This document shows, piece after piece, positions 1 to 12,861 of a stretch of 64,000 bases of DNA. A program made the position numbers and the translations under genes. Below the pieces are notes generated by a model. It ran no database searches. It was given only the letters and a program-made list of their open reading frames with translations, and was not told the origin of the DNA. Source of the stretch: Nymphaea colorata (taxonomy: Eukaryota); NCBI RefSeq assembly GCF_008831285.2, contig NC_045138.2, forward strand, positions 40,362,001-40,426,000, given 5' to 3'. Every line of letters starts with the position of its first letter. Positions within the stretch are counted from its first letter, which is position 1.

Positions 1-528
1 TTCTTTTTTTGGGTGGGGGTTCAGGGGGTGGCGGCGCACAGGAAGGGTTGGGGCATCTTTGCATATATGTGTGTGTTTAGGTATCTGAGACAAACTAGCT
101 AGTTGATAAGTGCTAAGAGCCATATAAATATACTTCACACAAAAGATGAAATGAAACCAGGCTGAATCACCGAGTTCATGCAATGAGTCACAAGTCAATT
201 AAAAACCTTGTACCATATCACTGTTAAAAGTCCAGGTCCATATTTTATACCAAGGAACCACACTAACAGTAAATTCTCTAATTCCAACCAGAGCAAGAAA
301 TTGCTCGAAACTGGATAATAAACTGCAAGAAGCAAGTCTTTTGTCACGAGCGTCATATGAAAAAACTGAAACACAATGACATCCAGAGCATACCTAAAAC
401 TTGTTAACTTAGCGCAGATATGCTGCTATATTAGATCACTTGGCAACATAACAACCTCAAGATATGGTAGCATCTGGTGAGCATACATTTGATGGAAGTC
501 ATAACATGATAATAGGAGCTTTTACTAC

Positions 529-688
529 CTCTGCCTTGTAGTCAACTGCCTGTTCAACACCAGCAGCCTGAAGTCGACTAACACTCTCACTTCCACATGT
601 AGTTGACACAATGCAGCCCTTGTCCACTGCCAGCTGAATTGCAGCTAGTCCAACTGTTCCTCCTCCGCCTATAACTAACAACCTTTGC
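529..688 (-). CDS. RTN4IP1: RTN4IP1-like oxidoreductase, exon 4 (gene continues beyond left edge)
   Basis: TTTTGCAG acceptor ending at 689. Encodes (G)QRLLVIGGGGTVGLAAIQLAVDKGCIVSTTC...AVDYKAE, including the Rossmann glycine-rich loop. GTAGTA donor at 528. Phase matches exon 3. Confidence 0.9.
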
Positions 689-1122
689 CTGCAAAATAGG
701 ACATACTATCAGATAAAGAACTATTTAACATGTTCACCAGCTGTGTGTTTCCTCTTTTTACTAAAGATCTTTACTAGATATGAACAACCGAAAGCCAAAA
801 TTAAATGTAAAAGCCTCCGCTATTTTGAATTAGATGCAATTTCTCAAGCTTCCAAGATAATGACCAGGAATAGATGACCAGTTCATCAATAAATAACCTC
901 AGCAAACAAAAAAGAGAAAAGCATAGGAATAAAACAGGAAAGGGAGCAAAAGAATGTTACAACCAAATTGTGAAGAGGAAAATGCCAGAAAAAAAATGCA
1001 AGGCAGCTAGAGCATATGATGAAATATTACAGGAAAAAAAATCGAGACCACTGCCATAGGTCTTCAGTTGTGGATATAATAAGATAGTGTCAGTTCCAAC
1101 AAAAAATATAGGACAAGCATAC

Positions 1123-1196
1123 CCATTGGCAACCCGAGCAGTACTATGCAAAGCTCTCCATGCAGTCAATGCAGCAAAGGGGATTGCACTTGCTTC
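1123..1196 (-). CDS. RTN4IP1: RTN4IP1-like oxidoreductase, exon 3
   Basis: TAG acceptor at 1199-1197. Encodes EASAIPFAALTAWRALHSTARVAN(G), the MDR 'A.A.P...LTAW.AL' motif. GTATGC donor at 1122, phase 2. Confidence 0.9.
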
Positions 1197-2257
1197 CTAC
1201 AGTTTCAGAGATGCAATATAACAATCATATGCAAGTGAAAGAGAGTTATAAAGAAACAGGCATAGTCTTGCATAGAACAAATCCAGGAAGGACATTTCAA
1301 TTAAATTACAATTAAGCCCCTAAGAACGGGAAAGACAAAACTAATTCTTAAGTTAGAAGAGACGTTGACAAGCTCTACCTAGCTATATATTAAAAAATTG
1401 AAAGAACCATTTTGTATAAATGGTGAAATTATGTAATCAATTTCTCTGCATGAACCTAGAATTGTACCCAAAACAGCCATGTCTCCTCCATTATAATGAT
1501 TGCACATGAATAAGCGTTTAACATATGATTTAATAACTATAAAGTATAAAAAAACAGGTAAGGATGGCAGAATAGTAGCAGTATTAATCCATGGGCAATG
1601 AGTTCATGTTGCCTCATTTATTTGCATCTCCAACAGCATGTCATTTCCATGTTTGACGAATTGTCGAAGATCTCATACCCAGTTCTATTTTTCTCTACAT
1701 AGTTCACATGAACAGGACTGGATAATATGGAACACATTAAAAAGAAAGGCTTCAGCAATAATATTCTCTAGAGCCACCAAAGGCCAATTCTATGCCAAAT
1801 TGCCAATTCAATCATTCATGGGACCACTGGCAAAGGAAGGGAGAAAATGATCCATGCTCATGCCAAGTGGTCCATCACAGGCTTTAACACAGAGCAAAAT
1901 CACATATGACACAACCTTTATTCCTATACTTGGCAATCTGTTTTCTTCTTCCTATGGCTTTTATTTTTCATGCAAAAAGCCATTTTCCTTAGCATGAACA
2001 GGTATATGTCAAACAAAATACTTCTTCCTACTGTATCTGCACCATACAAATCCATTACATGCATGGATGCATCAGGAGGGCTGTATTTGTATGAGCATGA
2101 ATATTTTAGATTATATGTATAACCAATATTAACAGAAACATCATGTCATGAAGAAGAACATCTCAGCTACAAACTCATAAGCCAACCATCTATGTGGAAG
2201 ACAAATTTGCCAAACAAGTGAAATTTAAATTGGATAAGCAATCAAAAGTTCACTAAC

Positions 2258-2485
2258 CACATGTGTTAGTGAAGGTGGTTTCCCAGTAAGCTCATCTTCT
2301 GAAAGAATTGCATAGTCAGTGTATGTACCCCTAATAGCAGTTGGATGCAATGCGCCAAAGACTTCTTGCCCAACACTAAGTGAACTGACAGAAGCTCCAA
2401 CAGCTGCAACTTCACCGCTAATATCACGACCCAAAATAAGAGGTAATAGTGGTCCAAAGATAGAACGACCATAACCAGATCTCAT
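2258..2485 (-). CDS. RTN4IP1: RTN4IP1-like oxidoreductase, exon 2
   Basis: CAG acceptor at 2488-2486. Encodes MRSGYGRSIFGPLLPLILGRDISGEVAAVG...GTYTDYAILSEDELTGKPPSLTHV (GRD.SG motif). GTTAGT donor at 2257. 228 nt, phase 0/0. Confidence 0.93.
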
Positions 2486-3136
2486 CTGATGAATTTGAAA
2501 ATGAACAAATAAATGAAATGTACACTATTCAACAATAAACTATTTGACAGTGAAAACCTAAAGTTACTCAAGAATGATTCATACAATGGCATGCAATTTT
2601 TCTTGGCTTGCTATAGACTCAAACAAGGTGTACCAGGTAGTGGACAAAACATGCAACTAATAGTTTCAGTTAACAATATTATTCTGATAGAAAATCTGGA
2701 AATGAGCACTCGTCCATCCACAATAAATCAACTGGCACAGTAACTAAACAAAGAAGATGTAATGACATTAGAAAGCAAAGTGTGTTTTTAATTATGACTT
2801 ATGCATTCAATACCAGGTAACTAAGCTACGAGGGATTGCCACCTTGTGACTAATTCTCAAAGAAGAAACCTAAGGGGGTGCTTGATTGTAGAACACATAA
2901 ACAAAAGAAAAAAGTGCCCAGAACACCTTCTGCTAGCAAGGATGCAACATACCTAAGAAAACTATGTTTGTGGTCTAGAGTTTGATTCAGGCAGACAAAC
3001 TGTGAATACAAAGAATCCATTGTTTCATTGTTGGCCAAGTTGGATAATGATAGTCTTTAAATCAAATACCAAACTTTGAATATTTAACCACATAATTATT
3101 TAAGGACATTCGCTATCATCCCCATATAGTTCAAAT

Positions 3137-3208
3137 ATTTTGAGGAAACAATTATGCTCATATAATATATATATATATACATACATACATATATATATGT
3201 ATACATAC

Positions 3209-3294
<86 letters not shown>

Positions 3295-3356
3295 ACATAT
3301 ATATATGTATGTATGTATATATATATATTATATGAGCATAATTGTTTCCTCAAAAT
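3137..3356. repeat. ~220 bp near-perfect palindrome centred on an (AT)n microsatellite
   Basis: Left arm ATTTTGAGGAAACAATTATGCTCATATAATAT is the exact reverse complement of right arm ATATTATATGAGCATAATTGTTTCCTCAAAAT. TACA/TGTA blocks also mirror. Confidence 0.95.
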
Positions 3357-4289
3357 TTTTTTATCTAGCATATATGAATTGCCCAAACAACCATACCAAA
3401 TATATCCTCTTGGATTTCCAATTTAAAGTAAACAAACATCCATTGCTTGAATTTTTTGGGATTTATGAGAAATCAAGTGTGAACTAACCTAAATATAAAC
3501 ATCACATGAGTTTGCTGGAAGGCTCGAACCTAGTGCCAAATATTGTGCTAACTAGCCATTTTCACCTAGATGTTGTGACATAAGCAGATTCTCTATGTTA
3601 TGAAACATGAAAATTAGTTAAAAATACAAGCAAAAAACAGACTAACAGAGTAACATTTTGAAGGATATCATAAAAGTCATGTATTCCACATAAATAAAAT
3701 GAATGTCATGTATTCCTTTGGGGGTTTTTTGTGAATTTTATTCGATAGCATACTTAATAGTTAATTTCATGCCCATTAATTTCATTTCTTCATGCTCGCT
3801 CCAAGTTCAAAGTACCACTTGACGGTGCTCGCAAATCGTTGTATAAGACATCAATTCTATTTGACAAAGGCAATGGATACATGCCGTCGAGTGTGCATGT
3901 TCACAGATTGCTACAAACAAATCGTTCGTATTTCCATTTGTCAGGAGAAAAACAACAACGCACATTATGTTTTCCTCAGTTAACGGTTTTCTAGAAACCA
4001 CAAACGCATGCAGACATCCACTTGTAGTCCACACATAAATGATGCTCCGAGCCCATTATAAAAAAGTTAATTCCAACGCACCATCCACTGCAGTTCATAG
4101 TAGATCAAGAATTCGCAAGAGAGAGAACAAAATCACCAGAATGAACCACCACCAACCAACAATAGCCAAAATCATCATGCAATACAAGAATCATCGACAA
4201 ATCCACTTCATCAGCAACCATTGACACCACGCAGTAAACTGCCATGTAAAAACACAAAAGAAATGGAAAAAGAGGGTTAATATACACAC

Positions 4290-4514
4290 ACGAGTGTCGA
4301 GAGGGTTCACAGAAGCACAGCGCGTCCGCACCAGCACGTCATGGGGCTTCAGATCAGGAATCTCGACGTCCGGCCGAAGCTCGAGGACATCCGGGCCCCC
4401 AAACCTCGGCACAACGACCGCCCGACACGTCGTGGTGATCAACCTCAACCCCAGCTTCCTCGCCGCCGGAGCAGCGGCTGTAGCGGTGAAGGAGCGGAGC
4501 CTCAAGCCCACCAT
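4290..4514 (-). CDS. RTN4IP1: RTN4IP1-like mitochondrial MDR-family (GroES-fold, NAD(P)H quinone oxidoreductase-like) protein, exon 1
   Basis: ATG at 4514. Translation MVGLRLRSFTATAAAPAARKLGLRLITTTCRAVVVPRFGGPDVLELRPDVEIPDLKPHDVLVRTRCASVNPLDTR has an Arg/Ala/Thr-rich presequence-like N-terminus, then the MDR N-terminal motifs (FGGPDVL, SVNPLD). GT donor at 4289, phase 0. Confidence 0.92.
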
Positions 4515-4665
4515 CGTCCCTCACCCTTTCCCTCCGTCCCCTTCCCAACCCACTCCACGGCCTAAACCCATTATAATGCCTTTTCTCCCCTTCGCTAAAC
4601 CCAATGCCACTAAAGAGTTACTTATTATACATCACTCCTTGGAATCAAGCTCACTGGTTTCATTT

Positions 4666-4674
4666 GCCACGTGT
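4666..4674 (-). promoter_or_regulatory. G-box/ABRE-like element (ACACGTGGC on minus strand) upstream of RTN4IP1-like gene
   Basis: CACGTG core at 4668-4673, ~150 nt upstream of the ATG. Motif match only. Confidence 0.3.
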
Positions 4675-5003
4675 AAATGTCGGCTCATATTGACTCCCCA
4701 TCACTCTCGCCTTTGTCGTAGTTGACAGTGTGTAAGACAAATGGCACGGCACAAGAAAGGACTTGATTTTCTGGTAGTCAATGGAGCGTACGCTTCTCGT
4801 TCTTGGTTGGCGGAGAACTGCGTCACCCTTGTGTCCCCGCGAACGATGGAGGTCCTGGACTACGTGTTCCTTTCTGCGTCAGTTGCTGCATTTCTCTCGG
4901 TTCTCGACCTCTCGGTCCCACGAATTGGCAAGAATGTAATGTGTTGAGGTAGATATCCGAAATTCTTAAGCTTCGAGTTCAAATAAAAACTTTAGGAATT
5001 TGC

Positions 5004-5026
5004 TATATATATATATATATATATAT

Positions 5027-5067
<41 letters not shown>
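5004..5067. repeat. Compound (AT)n(AG)n microsatellite
   Basis: Seen directly in the sequence. Confidence 0.95.
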
Positions 5068-5069
<2 letters not shown>

Positions 5070-6310
5070 CAGACCACTTAATGCAAGACAAAAACTAGAC
5101 AAATTAAATTTAATTATTAAAGTATTGTTTTGCAATCGAAGCTTATGTATCTGATCATATGAGTGATTTGGTGATAAACATATATTAAGCTAGTTATTTT
5201 CATGCTTAAATAATGTTTTTTAATAATAAAAAAAGGAACGGCTCTTATAACATCAAAATTTTGATAGTAGGAAGATCAAATTCTTTACAAAATTACTTAA
5301 AATAAAACATTATTTACATTAAATTAGTGTTTATAAGCACATTAAAAGGGATAACAAAATTAACATTTTGTTTAAGACACTTTTTCACATAAATTTAAAA
5401 GGTATGGTTTTCATCCCTTACCCAAGTAGTCTGGTATCTGCCATCAACTAAAAAACCCTGATAATATTGAGAGGGAGAGATATTTTGATAAGTTTAGTTT
5501 CATGTTAAAATCTGTGAGTTATTTTCAATAGCTTATAAAGGTTGTTGTTGTTGTTAATTAGGCGGAACCAAAACTGTTAAGGAGATTATTAGCATCCCTC
5601 AAAACAATGGCTCAAGCCCACAAGTCCGGTGTGGGTTGGGTCCTTACATATGAACTTGGAAAGTCGGACCAACAGTCAGTGAGACGCATGCCATGTTCAA
5701 TTTTGATACGATGGATCAAATGTACTCTCCATCGATCAAATGTTCGAATATTTAGATTTGGATACGAACGAAAAAAATCCATACCATGTTCAGATTTGAT
5801 TTCTAAACTCACAATCCGGATTTGGTTCAAATCTGACTTTTAAATTTACATTTGAAACCACCTTTTAAATACACAATCAAATGTGGACTGTGCTATAATA
5901 TACTAGGAACGAACTTTCAAAACGTATGGCTATTGAATATTTATTTAAAACTGAATTTAAATGGCAAGCTAATTGATTATTTGCTTAAAACTGAAACCAA
6001 GTCCAAATCTCATTAGATTCATTTATTAATTCTAAATACATTAAACATAATTCTGGATCAAAATCTCATGGGACGTTAATTTTTTTTTTCTATATCTAAT
6101 GTTTTCCCAAGTAAGTTGGTCATATATAATATTGGAATTCGATCTATCACTATTTCTGGTATTGATTGACCATGAGCCCACTTGATTTGCCTGGCTTTGT
6201 ATAGAAATGCAAACAAGGGATGTCTCGACTTTGTATAGAAATGCAAAGGAGAGGTGCAGAGGGGACACGTTCCTTTTTATGCAACGATGGCACGTCTTCA
6301 AGAACAATTA

Positions 6311-6510
6311 AGGGTGTTTGATCACTTGAATTTTGATTCAACAAAAAAAAAAAAAAATCCAGAATCGTAATTCCTTCTCAAACTGAAATGAAATCAAAAT
6401 TATAGATTTCAGTTTTTAAATTTTAGAAACAAAATACGTCGTTTGTTTAATAATTATAAGTTCTTAACATGATTCTAAAGTTTCATTATTCTCGATCTAT
6501 CAAACACCCC
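6311..6510. mobile_element. Tourist-like MITE in the divergent intergenic region
   Basis: TIRs AGGGTGTTTGAT / ATCAAACACCCC, with TTA to the left and GTA to the right. The right end is re-duplicated to ~6548. Confidence 0.65.
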
Positions 6511-6815
6511 GTAATTCTAAAGTTTCGTCAATATGTCAAACACCCCGTGATGTCATTTGACACACTTACAATGTAAAAATGATTTGGTCGGATATGGGCA
6601 GTTTAGATCCGGTATTTGCTGAAAACAGAAAAGAAGCAAAATAAAATATCGGGCGCCAACGCACACAAAATGGATAAGATGGAGAAAGCTGATTTTGTTT
6701 TAATATGGTTCAATTATGAAAGAAGGCGCTTCTCAGCTTGCCTTTCTTTTTTAAAGTTTATTTTTGTCAGCGTCATCTTATCCAGATATTTAGAGAAATC
6801 CACGGTTCTAGTCAA

Positions 6816-6879
6816 TGGGCCAGACCAACATGCCGCCCGAGAAAGGGAACTGGCGCTCGCGGGTGGGGAGAAACATCAG
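6816..6879 (+). other. Probable promoter / first non-coding exon of the triple-repeat protein gene
   Basis: Site II motif TGGGCC (6816-6821), then a GC-rich block ending CAG|GTTCTCTCTCTC (donor at 6880) and a CT/T-rich intron-like stretch. The next acceptor (TGTAG) ends at 9094. TSS position is inferred. Confidence 0.45.
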
Positions 6880-9182
6880 GTTCTCTCTCTCTCTCTCATC
6901 GTTCTTCCCTTCTTCAATGTTTCCGGTTTCATGAAATGCTATTTCGGAGATAAGTTATCGATGTTAATCTCATATCACATTCGGATTTTGCTTCTCATCA
7001 ATGGGAAGATGGCGGAAATGAAGGGTGAGTTTCGGGGTTCAGAAAATAGCATCGCTAATAGGTCGTGCCTGCTGGTGTCGGTAGTTTGATATGTTGTCGT
7101 TTTGGTTGCGTGTTTTTTTTTTGTCGTGAAATGGGTTTTGGGTGACGCCTCAAGCCTTCCGTGGTGAGGATGTTTCCTTGCACAATCTTCAAGGGTCATA
7201 TTTCAGGCGCAACATTTTTGTTCCCGAGCGTCTTCACCATTCTCGGATGTTTAGGCGGTCGTTAAACCTATTAATGTGAACATCTCCCATCAATGTCTGT
7301 GAGATAACGATATTGGTTGTTTTGTGTTGTTTCTTGGACATTCTTCGCCATAATCCTTGTTTTCCCCTTTTCTTTTGTTTATATCTCGTAAGGATGGGTG
7401 TTTTAGTTTCTTTCTCGTGCATCAGAATGGATTAGCATGTCTACTGTCCTAGTGGTGGAAAAAGAACTTGTGTTGTACTTTTCTTCCGCTGTTCGGGTGA
7501 ATTTTTGTCTGTTCTGTCTAATTCGTAATACCTGTAAGTTCAAAAGGAGACAAATTTGAAAGAGATAAAAAATCTTGCCTGTTTTTTGTTATAAACTGGT
7601 AGGTTTTTCCTGTCCTCAACAGCAGCAGAAAGAACAAGAACAAGTATTAGAACTAACAGCAATAATACTAACAATAGTCATCGTAACTGAGAAGGTTGAC
7701 TGTTGTTTAACTGCGTATAGCGATGATAGTGTTATATGAGTTGCATAACACAAGAACAACTTACGTTGTCTGGCTATTGAGATTGTGAGTTTACGATAAT
7801 ATTTTCATAGCTTTTAGGCTTGATTTATAGCTATAATGAAATCCTAACGTCCAATCAGCATGTGGGTTCAGCTTTGAGATTGAATAAAGCAACACTTACG
7901 CTTGGTTTATGAGTTATGATGTCCTGTAGGTTATTGTGAGCTTGACAACTTGACCGTGCCAGATGAGCCGGGCTCTATGGAATGTAAACTGTTACTTATA
8001 GAAGCTACTGTATAAATGCCACCTTGTCAACGAAGGGTGAAAATTGTAACCCATGTGTTGATTAGATTAAAGTTGGAACGCCCATTGAGTTACATTTTTT
8101 TAGAAATTTGGAAATGTCTCTTTCTCTAGTCTCTTATATGGACCCGGTTTTGATTTTTTAAAGCATATTTGCTACAACCATCTGGGGTTAACAACCTTTT
8201 TTCACTTTTCGGTTAAGCGTATTTTAGTAGTTTTTCAAGTTGGAATGGCAGAAGATTTGTTCTGTGTTGCAGACTGTAAATGTTTTCTATTTCTTCTTAG
8301 TTGTAGGCCTTGGTAGCAGTGGGCAACTCCATGCAGACCTTTCAGAAATTTGCTTGTGCTACCTTTGTTCTATTGTTTCCTTGCTTTTGAAAGCACTGAA
8401 TGGTATTGGAGTTGCGGTTGCAAGGAATTTGTGTGTGTTAGCCCCCTTTACACTGGATGCTCTTTTTATACCAGGAACAGTGTTAAATGCTCGCCATCTA
8501 TCTCAATCAAAATCAAATATCAGACATATAAATTAAATTTATTACAAACTTTAATGAACATCCTATGCCTCCTACAGTTTTTCAATTAGTTATAAATGCT
8601 GGATAGAACTGGTGTTCATTTGCCTGCAACATTTTCGTGTTTGTGTGAGTGAGAGAAGTGTTGCATCCAACTGCTTTGGTGAGAGCTGAAGCACCTCACT
8701 TCTCTCTTTCCTTTTCCCATAGGGTCCAGGGCTGCTTTGGTGTGAGCTCAATATACATCGTCTAGTGCGGTGTGCCCACTCTATACAACATAGAGACATA
8801 GTGCCTATTAGAATCAATCTGACTGATAGACACAGAATTTCATGTTAGTGCCACCCAACCGGCTATTCTATTCTTTTTGGGGCTATGCAACATTTTCACG
8901 TTGTTAAATATATTATCCCTTATTAACATGGTGTAAGGTGGTTGTGGTTGTTGTGCCTCTAATTTTATTCATGTAGTTGGTTTCAACTTGATTGTTAGAG
9001 CATCGATGGCTGGCTTTGTTCATTTTTCTCTTGCCCTACTGGTTTAGAATTTTGTTTTTTTCATTAATTTTATATAGTGATTATTCTAATGTAGGTGATA
9101 TGAAGCAGATCTAACGGGTGAAAAGAGTCTTCACAGTAAATAGACTAGAGACCGACATACAGCCTACAGGCCCTGAAGTCTT

Positions 9183-9225
9183 ATGGAGAGTGAAGTTTTT
9201 CAGTCTGAGAAAATGAATAACACCA
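9183..9225 (+). CDS. Uncharacterised acidic triple-repeat protein, first coding exon (MESEVFQSEKMNNT)
   Basis: Lies in an exon starting at 9095 after a TGTAG acceptor. ATG at 9183, donor A|GTATGG at 9226 (phase 1), compatible with the phase-1 TAG acceptor at 12170-12172. Confidence 0.6.
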
Positions 9226-12172
9226 GTATGGGCTTTCAACTTGTCTCACTAATTAGGTCTGCTTAAAGTAGCTTCATTTATTCATCTTGAGCTCCCTCGT
9301 AAGCTCCCTTTGTTAATTTTAAAATGGGAGAAAATTGGTTTTATGATTGTATAATTTATAAAATGGATTATTTCATAGAATTTTTGCTGTTAAAATATCA
9401 TTATCTGGTGGAAGGTATAGAATGTAGTCAATAATGTGTTTGTAAAAACAAAGATTGCTCAGATTAATGTCATGGAATATTTCTTGCTTGGTGTAGAGGC
9501 TCTTTGCATTGTATCATACAAACAGTTCTTTATGGAAATATAATGTTTATTATTTTCTCATTAGGACATGTTCAAGACAATGTCAACCAATTCTGTTGTC
9601 CATGAACTATGATTGAGTCCATAAGGTGTTATAGTTGCTGCAGTTGCCAACATGACATGATTAAGAAAGTTACAAAAATAAAAAGGAGATGTGCATAAAA
9701 TTAAGGATCTCATGCAAAGGTAGATTTCTATAACAAAGGCCTAAATCAGTAAATAAATAAAAACAAAGCTGGGAAGTTATCTCATTTCATCTAATCTAAA
9801 TTAAGTTATGAAGTGTCCCATTTGATTTGTCTTGGATATAATGATGTATTTCATTCTTAGCTGTGCAACACTGAAAAAATGAGTTTATATTCTTGAATGC
9901 AAAGTTGATTGTTCAATTGAGAGGTACAACATGAGATCTGTGACTGGAGGCTACAGTCTATTCGGTGGAATTAACCGTTGTAAAATTTTCTTTTGTTGCT
10001 AAATTGACCTTCATTAAATCACTTATAAGTTTTTATGAATGACATTTTCATTAAGGAGAACTTTCAGTGAAATTTATGTTACTTTCCTTCTAGATGCAAA
10101 TTATCAATTAAAAGGGATAACTGGATAGGTTAGTTCAGTTCAAGATAGCTGTATATGGGTGAACAATATTCTAACAAACTTAGTGTGATATTCATTGAAT
10201 ATAGCCAGACAAATAGTTGTACTTGTGCCAATGTACCAGTCTCTTTGTCAAGACAAAGGATGATGTTTGATTTTTCTGTAGTTAATGATTTTTTGTGTAA
10301 AAGTGAGATAACTTGGATGTTGTCTGTGCTACGTATAGTCATTGCTTATAAGAGATTAAAGCTACTCTAGATGTTTGCTTATAGTCGTTGCTTATAAGAT
10401 ATAAGACAGAAAATTTATTTTAGACTTTGGGGCATTACTGGACATTGAATGGAAGAAACTTGATATCTTGGAGAAACAGGGATAAGATGACCCATGGCCT
10501 TAGAATATATGAAACATGAGTAGTTGGTGTTGAGGGCTCCCAAAACCTTTCCTGATCACAATAAACTGATGAAGGCAGATGATGTCTATTGTGAAAGAGC
10601 ATTGCAAATTTCTGATGCGTAAAAATACTAAAAAGATCCAGCCTCCAAAAGCACTGATTATACGACAAAAATATTAAGTACACTATTGACAGGTTATAGT
10701 GTTTGACATCCTCTCTCCCACTGGGTGCATGTATGTTTTCAGAAATGAAGTTGTGATGGGTTGTTCTTCACAGAAAGTCCTCTTACGCGTTTAAGTTTCA
10801 TGTTATTGATGTAATAAATTCCAAATCTGCTAGATATATCAAGGTTCATTAAAAAAAAAAACAGGCATGTATGCAATAGGCAGCGGTTTTCCATTGCAGT
10901 AATGTGCATAAATTATTTTATGTGTTATTTAGGAACTTCACAGATATCAAGATCAAACATTCTATGTGGCATTTATGCAACAGTTGGCAATGGTTGTTGG
11001 TTACTTTGCTGGTCGGGTCAAGGCCAGTATATACAAATTGGTGATGTAATTCCTAGAATACAATCAATGAAACATTGGAGAGTTTGGCACCCTGGAGCTT
11101 GTGATGTACATGGTGCATGCTTGCTAAAAGTATAAGGCGTTGAAATAGTTAGCGGTTCATTAAGTTTGTAAGTTGACAATTAGCATGGTACTTGCTTGGT
11201 GAGAGCACCAATACTACCTTGCATGCGTGCACCATTCAGACTTGCTGCAGGAATCTCGCATACTGGTGCTGCCACATTGTTGATCACCAAGTACAACAGT
11301 CTTGTAAATCATTATCGTAGTTTGCCATTGCCTGTTTGAAACTTTGAACAATACAAATTTTAAGAACTCAATAATGGCTTAAATTCTTCCAATTTCCTGC
11401 ATTTATGGAATATGCAAGCCATTTGAGATGCTTATAGTTTTATGCTGGTGCTTCCTGATAAAAGATCCCAAAAACTGGAATTCAACCATCAACATCAAGT
11501 GCCATGCATAGGGGCTGAATGAGATACCTGGACTTTAAAGAGTCAGAAAACCACAAAGAAAACAGAAAATTGAAGCTTATATTAATGAGACTAATGTGTG
11601 GAGTAGATTGTATTTTCTTCTCTCTGGTCAATTTCTAATCATATTCCTAAGTATTGGTAGCACACAGCATAGTTCTGTTGAATAGTAAGAGCTCATCTGG
11701 TGAAACTTATATGCATTATTGATCTTGAAGATGCCAAAATGCAAAAGGATTGAGACTTGTGCTCATTGTTTTTGACCCTATCGTTTTTATTTTTTAACAG
11801 ATGATCAGTCCTTAGTTCTTGGGTCAGTGATCCGCCTTTATGCCTTTGGTGTCCTAGACATGGGAGTCAAAGGAGTGACAGTGTTGCTGCTTCGATTTTT
11901 TTATTCTCACTGATGCATGCGTTGGCTAGGAATTTGCGTAGGTTTATAGATATCTTGTTTATTACACTAATACTTATTGTTGACGAGGAACCAAATAAGC
12001 TTTAGAAATCTTGAGAATGCAATGCTGTTTTTCCTGTCCTCATGCACCAACCAGAGAATACCCTTTGCTTGACTGCAAGATTATGACCCTTTTATATGGA
12101 AAATTTGTTTGTGTTCAATTGATGCCTTGATGTAGTTTTGGTTGTTCCAGTAAAATGATGAAAGTGGTGTAG

Positions 12173-12861
12173 GTCGTCTTGATGGGGATGAATCAGGCAA
12201 CTCTTTGCTTGGCATGGAAGCTAATGAAGGCTTGAATGCTCATACTTGCAAAGGTGGGGATATCAACATGGAAGCACCCATATTGATGGATGATCTCATC
12301 CTAGCGGGAGGTTTAGGTGCAACAGATGATATAGGTAGTGCATTTCCGGCTGCTGTTGACTTTACAGATTTTGAAGAATCTTTGTGCTATGCCAGGGGCT
12401 ATGAAGAGCTTGAAGTTGATGAATCTGGCACTGGCTTGGGTTCGAATATTTGTAAAAGTGGAGATATCAATATGGAAGCTCCCATTTCAATGGATGATCT
12501 CATCCGAGCTGGAGGCCTAGGTGCAACAGATGATATTGGATGTGCCATTCCTGGTTCTGTTGACTGTACAAATGTTGAGGCTGCGCATGGCTACTCTGAG
12601 GAATATGAAGAACCACGAGAGGATGAATATGTTTGTCAAGGAGATGAACCAAGCTTGGAGTCTGCCTTAAGTTCTGATGATCTTGTCCGTGCTGGTGGTT
12701 TTGGAGCCAAAGATGATTTAAGCAGCTTCCTTCCGGCTGCAATTGATTCCACTGATTTTGAGGCATCTCTTCGAGACGCCAGAGACTATGAGGAACCTCA
12801 AGGGGAAGTGTCAAGGCCGGGCCTCGGATGGTTGGATGGTCATGCATCGGACACTTATTGA
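12173..12861 (+). CDS. Uncharacterised acidic plant protein with three tandem DDL.RAGG.GA.DD....P...D.TDFE...Y-EE repeats, last coding exon
   Basis: Long open frame to TGA at 12859-12861. An in-frame TAA at 12151 forces use of the TAG acceptor at 12172. Joined CDS is 732 nt = 243 aa. The C-terminal motif RAGGFGAKDDLSSFLPAAIDSTDFEASLRDARDYEEPQGEVSRPGLGW resembles, from recollection, a conserved plant family of unknown function. Confidence 0.85.

Noticed and set aside
3096..3487. ORFs of 96-115 aa rich in IY repeats (also 20256-20522)
   Set aside because: Translations of (AT)n microsatellites and the palindrome, not proteins.
4294..4725. 143 aa plus-strand ORF
   Set aside because: Antisense shadow of GC-rich RTN4IP1 exon 1, with no ATG start or recognisable motifs.
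12141..12153. CAG acceptor at 12150 for the triple-repeat gene
   Set aside because: It is followed by TAA in the coding frame and does not fit the phase-1 donor. The TAG at 12172 fits.
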